Shown piece after piece: positions 1 through 16,756 of a stretch of DNA of 64,000 nucleotides. Both the position numbers and the translations under genes were made by a program. The notes under the pieces were generated by a model. It had not been told where the DNA came from. It saw only the letters and a program-made list of their open reading frames with translations, and searched no databases. The stretch lies in contig NZ_JMCB01000034.1 of assembly GCF_000737315.1 (NCBI RefSeq), positions 1-64,000 on the forward strand. The letters are read 5' to 3'. The first letter of the stretch is position 1; each line of letters begins with the position of its first letter. This DNA comes from Hyalangium minutum (GTDB lineage Bacteria > Myxococcota > Myxococcia > Myxococcales > Myxococcaceae).

Positions 1-8395
<8,395 letters not shown>

Positions 8396-8398
8396 GGA

Positions 8399-11300
8399 TC
8401 AAGTCACTTCCGTGGAGCGAGTGCCGCCCAGCAACTGCTCTCCCAGGCTTGCAAGCTCGTCGTCAGACATCTCGTCCAGCGCGCGCTCAGTGATTTCCTG
8501 CTTCAGTTCCCCGGCCGAGTGGGCAGCCTGCGTGGCAGCGGCTTCACCTCGCAGGCCCGCGGTGTCCACTGACACTCCGTCTTCGAGCGCCGCTCCGAGC
8601 AAGGAGCAGAGGTACTCAGTGAGCGCCGCGACATGGGGGTACGTCCACACCAGAGTCGCTGAGAGTGTGAAGCCCAGCCGGGCCTCCAACCTGTTGCGCA
8701 GTTCCAGGCCCATCAGCGAGTCGAAGCCCAGCGCCTTCAGGGGCGTCTCCCGATCGATACGTGAGGGCTTCAGCCGGAGCACCGCCGCCGCCTGCTCCCG
8801 TACCAGCGACTCCATCATCCCCGGCCGATCCACCGCGCTCGCGGCCCGCAAGCGCGCCACCAACTCGGGATCTCCCTTCTGCGGGGCTGCCTTCGTCTGC
8901 AGCAGCTCCTTGAAGCGCGTCATCGTCGCCAGGTGCGGATAGAACTCGACCCACTGGCGTACATCGAGCGGGACCACGCCCACCTGCGCCTCCTCGGCGT
9001 GCAGCAGTTCCCCCAGCACACGGAGCCCCTGCTGCGGCGTCAGTTGGCTCATGCCCCGCTGGGAAAGCCTCTCGCCCCGGTTGGCCAGCGCTGCGGCCAT
9101 GCCCACTTCCGAGAACGCTCCCCACTGCACGCTCACGCACGGCAGCCCCTGCGCCTGGCGGTACTCCGCCAGCCCATCCATGAACGCATTGCCCATCGCG
9201 TAGTTGCTCTGCCCGGGCGAGCCCAACAGCGACGCGGCTGACGAGTACATCACCACGAAATCCAGCTCCTTCTTCCTCGTCGCCTCGTGCACGTTCCACC
9301 CTCCACCCACCTTTGGCCTCAGCACTCGGCTCACCTTCTCTGCCGTCTGCTGCTCCAGCAGCCCGTCCTCCACCACTCCCGCCGCGTGCACCACTCCCTT
9401 CAACGGCCCCATCCCCTCCGCCATCTCCACCGCCTTCCTCACCTCTTCCACCTTCCCCACGTCACCTCGGCTCACCTCCACTCGCGCTCCCCGGGCCCTC
9501 AGCTCCTCCACCTGACCCCGCTGCTCCTCACTCTCCGCTCCGCCTCGCCCCATCAGCACCAGCCGCCTGGCTCCCTGCTCCACGAGCCACTTCGCCACCG
9601 ACAGGCCCAGCCCTCCCAACCCTCCTGTCACCAGGTAGCTGCTCTCTTCCTTCAGCAGCCCTGCTTCCGCTCCCATCGAGATTGGGACATCCGGCTCTGA
9701 CAGATCCACCACCAGCTTCCCGGTGTGCCGATCCTGCGCCGTCTCCTGGAGCGCGACCGGAAGGCGTGAGACGGGAAGGAGTTGATGCGCCAGCGGCTTC
9801 AGGATGCCGCTCTCGTTCAGCCGGGCGACCTCCTGCAACAAGCTCGCAGCCTGCTGGGGAGGGTTGCGCAGGAGGATGGCGACATCCACCAGGGCGAGCA
9901 TCGCCGCCGCCTGCTCGACCGACAGCGGCCTCGGCAATGGGACAACGGAGAACATGGGTGCGGTGATGACGGAGGTCACCTCCGAGCGCCCTGCCAACAT
10001 GACCTGCTGGCCCACCGTGAAACTCTCGACGCCGGAGCCCACCGCGTCGATGTGGCCCACGCAGTCTCCAGCCAAGCCCGCAGCATCTCCCGAGGGAACC
10101 TGCAGCACCACCGCCGCCACCCTCACCCGCACTTCACCGGAGCCGGGAGGGCGCACTGGGATCTCTCGCAGCGCCAGCCGGTCCGAGCCCGTGGACGCCC
10201 CCAGCTCCAACCGGAACGCTCGCGCACCCGCCTTCTCCTTCCGCTCGGCACGGCGCACCGTCTCCATCTTCTCGAGCCGGCCTACGTACGTGCCCGCCTC
10301 GCGCAGCACCCACTCCTCTTCCTGCGACTCGGCCAGCAGCTGCCTCACCAGCAACTCCTGACCTGAGGCCCCATCCACATCCACCCGTCTGCAGGACAGC
10401 TCCGGGCGCTCCATCGCCAGAGTCCGGCCCAGGCCCCACAGCCCGACCTGCCCCAGCGACACCGGGGTGGCATCTCCCTCCACCCGCTGTGCGCCCTTCG
10501 TCACCAGCCACAGCCGCGGCGCCTGGCGCCAACGCTGCTGGCCCATCGCCTTCACCAACTCCTGCACCCGCAGGAACGCCCTCTCCTGCCCTCCCAGCAC
10601 CTCCTCGGCGCTGCTGTTCTCCCGCACCACCACATCCAGGCCGTGGCACATCACCACGCCTCGCCCTCCCTCATCACTGAAGGCCTGCTCCAGCGCAGCG
10701 GCCATCGGAACGCCCGCTGACGGCTTCCACGCCACCACCTGCTGGCCTCGCGCCTCCAACTGCCGGGCGACTCGCTCGGCCCACCCGCCCTCATCGAGCA
10801 CCACCAGCCAGCGGCCCGGCTTCGACACTTCCTCCGCCGCAGCCTCCTGCTTGAGCCAGCGCTGCACCAGGAGCGGCAAGCCCTCCTGCTTCACAGTCTG
10901 CGTGCCGCCCAGCGGCGCCGCACGCAGCCCGCGCACCTCGGCCACCAGCTGCCCTGCGTCGTCCCTCAGCTCGATCTCTGCTTCCCACTCCCCGCCCTGG
11001 GCCGTGCCCACCCGCACGAAGCTCCACATGCGCGGGGACACCTCGCGATACACCCTCACTCGCGATAGCAGCACCGGGACGGAAGGGCCTGCGTCTCCTG
11101 CCGCCGCCTCCCCTGTCGGGCCAGCCGCCTGGCCTATCACCTGAAGCGCCGCGTCCAGCACGGCTGGGTGCAGCCGGTACGCGCGGTCCTGCACCACCGC
11201 CTCTGGCACTTCCAGGCGGCCCAGAGCCTCCCCGGCGCCGCTCCACAACTCGCGCACGCCCTGGAACGTGGGCCCGTACTCGAGGCCCTTGCCTCTCAGC

Positions 11301-14300
11301 TCTTCATAGAAGCCATCGACCGGCTTGCCTGAACTCATTCTGGCGCGAAGAACCTCCAGCGCCTCGAGCTGCACCGGCTGCTCCGCCACACGCCTCACCT
11401 GCCCGCTGGCGTGTAGCGTCCACTGCGCCTCGCCCTCCCCCTGGCTGCTGACACGGAAGCTACCTTCCGCCGGTCCCTCCACCGTCAGCGCCACCTGCAC
11501 GCGCCGGCCTTCCTCCCCCAGCACCAGCGCCGCTCGGAACCTCACCTCTTCCAGCTCGTACGCGCCCTCCGTCCCAAACGCCTCCTTCGCCGCCCACAGC
11601 CCCATCTCCACATACCCGGTTCCTGGCACCACCACTGCTCCGCCCACACGGTGATCCTTGAGGTACGTCACTCGTGACACGCTGAGCGTGCTCTCCCAGA
11701 AGCGCGTCCCCTGCTGCGTCGACACGCTGAATGCCGCTCCCGCAAGCGGGTGCCCTCCTTCCCCTCTCACCAGCCCTGCGCTCGCGGGCGCGTCCCCCTT
11801 CGTCTGCACCCAGAATTTCTCACGCTGCCAGGGGTAGGTCGGCAGCGGCACGCACCGGCCCTGACTCTCGGGGCCCTTGCTCCACTCCACTCGCCCTCCC
11901 CACGCATACACACTCCCCAGCCCTTCCAGCAGCGCCCTCCTCTCCCCCTGCTGCCTCCTCAGGCTCCCCACCACCCTCACCCTCTCCTTCGCTCCTGCCT
12001 CCTCCACCACCTGCTGCATCACCGCCATCAACACCGGGTGCGCGCTCACCTCCACCACCACGCTCCTCCCTCCTCCCATCGCTCCCTTCAATCCCTTCGC
12101 GAAGTACACGGGCTCTCTCATGTTCCTCACCCAGTACTCCGCTCCCATCCCTCGCCCCTCCTCCTTCTCCCCTGTCACTGTCGAGTACAGCGCCACCTTC
12201 CCCGCCTGTGGCCTCAGCCCCGAAAGCTCTCTCCTCAGCGGCTCCTTCAGCTCCTCCATCTGCGGGCTGTGTGCCGCCACATCCATCTTCACTCGCCGGC
12301 TGAACACTCCCCTCTTCTCCCAGCCCCTCAACAACTCCTCCACCGCCTCCTTCTCCCCCGCTATCCCCGTCATCCTCTCGCTGTTCACCGCGCTCACCGC
12401 CACCCGCCCCTCGTAACCCTTCAGCTCCTCCTTCACCTGCTCCCACCCCAACTCCACCACCCCCGTCGCCCCCTGCCCGCTCTTGCTCTTCATCAACTGA
12501 CTTCTCTTCCAAATCACCTCCGCTCCCTGCCTCGCGCTCAGCACTCCCGCCGCATACGCAGCCCCCACCTCCCCCATGCTGTGCCCCACCACCGCCTCGG
12601 GCTCCACTCCCCACGCCCTCCACTGCTCCGTCAGCCCCACCTGCATCGCGTACAGCGTCGCCTGTATCTGGTCCGTCCTCTCCGGCTCCTCTCCCTTCAG
12701 CGCCTCCACCACCGAGTAGCCACCCACCTCCCTAAACCCCGCCTCACACTCCTCCACCGCTCGCCGGAACACCTCCGAGCTCTCCATCAGCTCCTTCCCC
12801 ATCCCCTTCCACTGCGCTCCCTGCCCCGAGTACACGAACACCACTCGCGCGCTCCCCTCTCCTCCCCTCCCGCTCACCACCCCACTCACTTCCCTCCCCT
12901 CCGACCAGCCCCTCAAGCCCTCTCTCACCTCCTCCACGCTGCTGCCCACCACCGCCAGCCGGTGCTCGTGCTGGCTCCTCCTCATCAGCCCCGTGTACGC
13001 GACGTCCCCCAGCCTCAACCCCTCCTCTCCCTCCAGGTACCCCGCGTACTCCTTCGCCGCCTCCTTCAGCGCTCCTTCACTCCTCGCTGACACCACCACC
13101 ACGTGCTCCCCTCCCTCCTCTCCTCCCCTCTCCTCACGCCGGGGCCCCTCCTCCAACACCACGTGCGCGTTCGTCCCGCTCAGCCCGAACGAGCTCACTC
13201 CTGCCACCCGCGCCTTCTCTCCCCTCTTCCACTCCTGCCCACCTCCCACCACTCGCAGCCGGCTCCCCTCCAGCTCTATCCGCGGGTTCAACGCCTCGAA
13301 GTTCACGTGCTTCGGCAGCTTCTCCTTCTCCAGCGACAGCACCGTCTTGATCAGACCCGCTATCCCTGCCGCCGCCTCAAGGTGCCCCACGTTCGTCTTC
13401 ACCGAGCCCACTGCGCACAGCCCGGCCCCTTCCCCCGGCGCGCCCAACACCTCCCTGAGCGCTTCCATCTCGATCGGGTCCCCCAGCGGCGTCCCCGTCC
13501 CGTGCGCCTCCACGTAGCTCACGTCTGCCGGCTTCACGCCCGCGCTCTCCAGCGCCTTGCGCAGCAACGCCTGCTGCGACAACACGTTCGGCGCCGTCAG
13601 CCCCGTGCTCCTCCCGTCCTGGTTCACTGCTGAGCCTCGGATCACCGCTCGGATCCGGTCTCCATCCCTCACCGCGTCCGACAACCTCTTGAGCACCACC
13701 ACCCCACAGCCCTCTCCCCTCACGAACCCGTTCGCCTTCGCGTCGAACGCTCGGCACCTCCCGTCCGGCGACAGCGCCTGCATCTGGATGACCAGCTGCA
13801 TCGTCCATGGAGACAGGATGAGGTTCACGCCCCCGGCGAGCGCCACGTCGCTCTCGCCCGAGCGCAGGCTCTGACAGGCCAGGTGCACCGCCACCAGCGA
13901 CGACGAGCACGCCGTGTCCACCGTCATGCACGGCCCCTGCAACCCCAGCACGTACGAGAGCCGGCCACTGCCGAAGCACGCCCCCACTCCTGTCGTGGCG
14001 TAGGCGTCCAGCGTCTCCTCTCCCGCATCCCGCGTCAGGTGCAGGTAGTCCTGGGTCATGATGCCGGTGAAGACTCCGGTGCGCGTCCCGTTCAGCGCCT
14101 CCAGCGGAATGCCCGCGTTCTCCAGAGCCTCGGTGGAGACCTCGAGCAGGAGCCGATGCTGTGGATCAATCCCGGACGCCTCTCGCGGCGAGATGCCGAA
14201 GAACGCCGCGTCGAAGCCGTCCACCTCGTCGAGCAGCGCCGCCCACCGTCCTCCCTGCAGCGACGGCTCCACGCGCCAACGGCTATTGGGGATTTCCCTC

Positions 14301-14473
14301 ACCGTGTCGATGCCCTGCTCCAAGGTCCGCCAGAACGACTCGGGATCCTTTCCTCCGGGGAAGCGGCAGCTCAGTCCGACTATCGCGAGTGGCTCGCTCC
14401 TGGCCCGCTCGAGCGCTGCAATCTTCGCTTCCGCCTTCTCTAGCGCCTGAATGGCACGCTGGATCGTCGACAC
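8399..14473 (-). CDS. Modular type I PKS, monomodular: dock-KS-AT-DH-(degenerate ER)-KR-ACP-dock
   Basis: 2024 aa ORF, GTG start with GAAGGA upstream. [24 protein letters not shown]; AT GHSMG and DVAAHS; DH DHRVGGAVVVPG and HPAVLD; truncated ER remnant; KR GGLGGLG...NYAMGN; ACP LGFDSLMG; helical docking segments at both ends. Confidence 0.96.
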   Translation of the reverse strand: MSTIQRAIQALEKAEAKIAALERARSEPLAIVGLSCRFPGGKDPESFWRTLEQGIDTVREIPNSRWRVEPSLQGGRWAALLDEVDGFDAAFFGISPREASGIDPQHRLLLEVSTEALENAGIPLEALNGTRTGVFTGIMTQDYLHLTRDAGEETLDAYATTGVGACFGSGRLSYVLGLQGPCMTVDTACSSSLVAVHLACQSLRSGESDVALAGGVNLILSPWTMQLVIQMQALSPDGRCRAFDAKANGFVRGEGCGVVVLKRLSDAVRDGDRIRAVIRGSAVNQDGRSTGLTAPNVLSQQALLRKALESAGVKPADVSYVEAHGTGTPLGDPIEMEALREVLGAPGEGAGLCAVGSVKTNVGHLEAAAGIAGLIKTVLSLEKEKLPKHVNFEALNPRIELEGSRLRVVGGGQEWKRGEKARVAGVSSFGLSGTNAHVVLEEGPRREERGGEEGGEHVVVVSARSEGALKEAAKEYAGYLEGEEGLRLGDVAYTGLMRRSQHEHRLAVVGSSVEEVREGLRGWSEGREVSGVVSGRGGEGSARVVFVYSGQGAQWKGMGKELMESSEVFRRAVEECEAGFREVGGYSVVEALKGEEPERTDQIQATLYAMQVGLTEQWRAWGVEPEAVVGHSMGEVGAAYAAGVLSARQGAEVIWKRSQLMKSKSGQGATGVVELGWEQVKEELKGYEGRVAVSAVNSERMTGIAGEKEAVEELLRGWEKRGVFSRRVKMDVAAHSPQMEELKEPLRRELSGLRPQAGKVALYSTVTGEKEEGRGMGAEYWVRNMREPVYFAKGLKGAMGGGRSVVVEVSAHPVLMAVMQQVVEEAGAKERVRVVGSLRRQQGERRALLEGLGSVYAWGGRVEWSKGPESQGRCVPLPTYPWQREKFWVQTKGDAPASAGLVRGEGGHPLAGAAFSVSTQQGTRFWESTLSVSRVTYLKDHRVGGAVVVPGTGYVEMGLWAAKEAFGTEGAYELEEVRFRAALVLGEEGRRVQVALTVEGPAEGSFRVSSQGEGEAQWTLHASGQVRRVAEQPVQLEALEVLRARMSSGKPVDGFYEELRGKGLEYGPTFQGVRELWSGAGEALGRLEVPEAVVQDRAYRLHPAVLDAALQVIGQAAGPTGEAAAGDAGPSVPVLLSRVRVYREVSPRMWSFVRVGTAQGGEWEAEIELRDDAGQLVAEVRGLRAAPLGGTQTVKQEGLPLLVQRWLKQEAAAEEVSKPGRWLVVLDEGGWAERVARQLEARGQQVVAWKPSAGVPMAAALEQAFSDEGGRGVVMCHGLDVVVRENSSAEEVLGGQERAFLRVQELVKAMGQQRWRQAPRLWLVTKGAQRVEGDATPVSLGQVGLWGLGRTLAMERPELSCRRVDVDGASGQELLVRQLLAESQEEEWVLREAGTYVGRLEKMETVRRAERKEKAGARAFRLELGASTGSDRLALREIPVRPPGSGEVRVRVAAVVLQVPSGDAAGLAGDCVGHIDAVGSGVESFTVGQQVMLAGRSEVTSVITAPMFSVVPLPRPLSVEQAAAMLALVDVAILLRNPPQQAASLLQEVARLNESGILKPLAHQLLPVSRLPVALQETAQDRHTGKLVVDLSEPDVPISMGAEAGLLKEESSYLVTGGLGGLGLSVAKWLVEQGARRLVLMGRGGAESEEQRGQVEELRARGARVEVSRGDVGKVEEVRKAVEMAEGMGPLKGVVHAAGVVEDGLLEQQTAEKVSRVLRPKVGGGWNVHEATRKKELDFVVMYSSAASLLGSPGQSNYAMGNAFMDGLAEYRQAQGLPCVSVQWGAFSEVGMAAALANRGERLSQRGMSQLTPQQGLRVLGELLHAEEAQVGVVPLDVRQWVEFYPHLATMTRFKELLQTKAAPQKGDPELVARLRAASAVDRPGMMESLVREQAAAVLRLKPSRIDRETPLKALGFDSLMGLELRNRLEARLGFTLSATLVWTYPHVAALTEYLCSLLGAALEDGVSVDTAGLRGEAAATQAAHSAGELKQEITERALDEMSDDELASLGEQLLGGTRSTEVT
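12400..13231. repeat. Near-identical copy of 1-832
   Basis: Same alignment, offset 12399. Confidence 0.92.
13154..13780. repeat. Near-identical copy of 7046-7672
   Basis: Same alignment, offset 6108. Confidence 0.9.
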
Positions 14474-14723
14474 GATTGAGAATCCTTCGCGGGGATCACG
14501 CGAGTCAGTTCATGGATATGCGAGAGCTCGCAGAGGCCGATTGGCAGCCTCGGGCGCGATCCGAGGCCGCGCACCAGGCGCTCGCTCCGCAACCAGGGCA
14601 GCATTGTCTGGTCCCTGATCAGTTCGGTAGCATCGCATTTCGAACATTATTGGCATGACCCGAACAGGACGAACACGCCCCATCTGGTCATGCGAAAACC
14701 AGAGAACCTGGACTGACGGAAAC
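14474..14723. promoter_or_regulatory. Divergent promoter region between the two PKS arms
   Basis: Non-coding gap between opposite-facing starts (14473 minus, 14724 plus). Contains palindrome TGCGAG-AG-CTCGCA (~14519-14532), inverted repeat GCCTCGG-N7-CCGAGGC (~14546-14566) and three CGAACA copies (14641, 14661, 14670). Actual promoter elements not identified. Confidence 0.55.
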
Positions 14724-15767
14724 ATGAAGCCTGGCAATGCAGATCCGGCTGACGCCTCACTCCCGGAGGGAGTCGATGAGGCGCTCGCCCTCGAGCTGTA
14801 CCGGCAGATGGTGTTCCTGCGCATCTTCGACGAGCGGGCGCTCGTCTACCATCGGCATGGACGCATCGGGACGTGGGCGATCTCGTGGGGCCACGAGGCC
14901 ATCCAAGTCGGTGCAATGTTGGCCTTGAAGGCCAGCGACTGGGCGTTCCCCTCCTATCGCGAGAACAAGCTCGGACTGGTGCGAGGGATGTCTCCGGCGC
15001 ACGTGCTCGCCGGATGCCGGGGACACCCTCAGGGCTGGTGGGATCCACATCAGTGGCGGCTCGGCGCGATCAGCATCCCCGTGGCCTCGCACGTTCCCCA
15101 CGCCGCGGGCTTCGCCTGGGGCGAGCGGCTCCAGGGGCGGGATACTGTCGCGCTCTCCTTCTTTGGAGATGGAGCGACGTCCCAGGGGGAGTTCCACGAG
15201 GGCGCCAATATGGCCGGAGTGATGAACGCTCCGCTAATCCTCCTGTGCACCAACAACCAGTGGGCGATCAGCACGCCCGTGCACCGGCAGACCCGGGCCC
15301 GCACGCTCGCGGACAAGGCCGCAGGCTATGGCATGCTGGGCGTGCGCGTGGACGGCAATGACGTGCTCGCCGTCTACCAGGCGGTGTCCCAGGCGGCGGC
15401 CCGGGCCCGCGCAGGAGAAGGCCCCACCTTCATCGAGTGCCTCATCTACCGCGCACAGGCCCATGCGTTCCCCGATGATCCTTCCGCCTACCGCGACGAC
15501 ACCGAGGCGGAGCAGGCCCGGCGTGAGGAATGCGTGGGGCGCTACGCGAACCTCCTCATGCGGCGTGGGCTGCTGACGGAGGAGCTGGCGGCCCGGTACC
15601 GCGAGGAGTTCCTGGCGAAGATGGCGGATGCGATCGCCGAGGCTGAGGCATTGCCTATCCCCGGTCCCGAGCTCGCCTTCGCGCATGCCTATGAACGGAA
15701 GACCCCTGCCCTGGAGCGGGATCTCTCGGAGCTGCAGCGCATCCAGGCCAAACAGGGCACAAGGTAA
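14724..15767 (+). CDS. 2-oxoacid dehydrogenase E1 alpha-like subunit (ThDP-dependent), cluster-encoded
   Basis: ThDP motif GDGATSQGEFHEG...NNQWAIS, also FPSYRE and YRAQAHAFPDD. The ORF track starts at 14655; the in-frame ATG at 14724 (MKPGNAD) is preferred but the start is uncertain. Confidence 0.92.
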   Translation: MKPGNADPADASLPEGVDEALALELYRQMVFLRIFDERALVYHRHGRIGTWAISWGHEAIQVGAMLALKASDWAFPSYRENKLGLVRGMSPAHVLAGCRGHPQGWWDPHQWRLGAISIPVASHVPHAAGFAWGERLQGRDTVALSFFGDGATSQGEFHEGANMAGVMNAPLILLCTNNQWAISTPVHRQTRARTLADKAAGYGMLGVRVDGNDVLAVYQAVSQAAARARAGEGPTFIECLIYRAQAHAFPDDPSAYRDDTEAEQARREECVGRYANLLMRRGLLTEELAARYREEFLAKMADAIAEAEALPIPGPELAFAHAYERKTPALERDLSELQRIQAKQGTR

Positions 15768-15774
15768 CTTCATC

Positions 15775-16752
15775 ATGAGCACGATGCTTTTCGCGGAGGC
15801 GCTCACGAGCGCCCTGCGTGAGGAGATGGAGCGCAACCCGAAGTTGATCCTCCTGGGCGAGGACATCGGCCGTAGCGGGGGCGTCTTCCGCATCACGGTG
15901 GGCCTCCAAGCCCGGTTCGGAGCAGAGCGCGTGGTGGACACGCCCGTGGCCGAGGCAGGCATTGTGGGCTCGGCCGTGGGCCTGTGCCTCTCCGGGCTGC
16001 AGCCCGTCTGCGAGCTGCAGTTCGACGCGTTCAGCTACCCGGCGCTGAACCAGATCCTCACCCACGTGAGCCGCTACCGCTGGCGCACGCAGGGCAAGGC
16101 GCCGATGCCCATGGTGATCCGGATCCCCTGCGGCGGCGGCGTGCGCGCGCCCGAGCTGCACTCGGACTCGCCGGAGGCGTACTTCTGTCACACGCCCGGG
16201 CTCACGGTTGTCTCTCCTTCGACGCCCGCGGACGCGAAGGGGCTGCTGACCTCCGCGCTGCGCAGCCCCGATCCCGTGGTGTTCTTCGAGCCGAAGAAGC
16301 TCTACCGCCACTTGCGCGGCGAGGTGCCAGACGGCGAGCACCTCGTGCCGTTCGGCAAGGTCCGGACGGCCCGCGAGGGCAGCGACGTCACCTTGATCGC
16401 GTGGGGCGCGATGATGGAGATCGCGCTGGCTGCAGCGGAGGCGCTGGCCACGGAGGGAGTCTCCTCGCATGTGTGCGATGTGAGAACCCTGTCGCCGCTC
16501 GATGAGGAAGGACTGCTCCAGGCGGCTCGCGTGACAGGGCGGGTTGTCATCATCCAGGAGTCACCGCGGAACTGCAGTGTGGCGAGCGAGCTCGCCGCCC
16601 TCCTGGCGGAGCATGCGATGTACGACCTGAAGGCACCGATCAAGCGGGTGAGCGGCTTCGATGTGCCGCACCCTTACTACAGCATCGAGCACCACCAGCG
16701 CCCCGACTGCGCGCGCGTCGTCGACGCAGTTCACCGCATCTTGGAGGCGTAA
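15775..16752 (+). CDS. 2-oxoacid dehydrogenase E1 beta-like subunit
   Basis: MSTMLFAEAL...LLGEDIGRSGGVFRIT...RVVDTPVAEAGIVG...ELQFDAF...HSDSPEAYF...VVFFEPKKLY, typical of PDH/BCKDH E1 beta. ATG at 15775, 7 bp after the E1 alpha stop. Confidence 0.94.
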   Translation: MSTMLFAEALTSALREEMERNPKLILLGEDIGRSGGVFRITVGLQARFGAERVVDTPVAEAGIVGSAVGLCLSGLQPVCELQFDAFSYPALNQILTHVSRYRWRTQGKAPMPMVIRIPCGGGVRAPELHSDSPEAYFCHTPGLTVVSPSTPADAKGLLTSALRSPDPVVFFEPKKLYRHLRGEVPDGEHLVPFGKVRTAREGSDVTLIAWGAMMEIALAAAEALATEGVSSHVCDVRTLSPLDEEGLLQAARVTGRVVIIQESPRNCSVASELAALLAEHAMYDLKAPIKRVSGFDVPHPYYSIEHHQRPDCARVVDAVHRILEA

Positions 16753-16756
16753 CACG

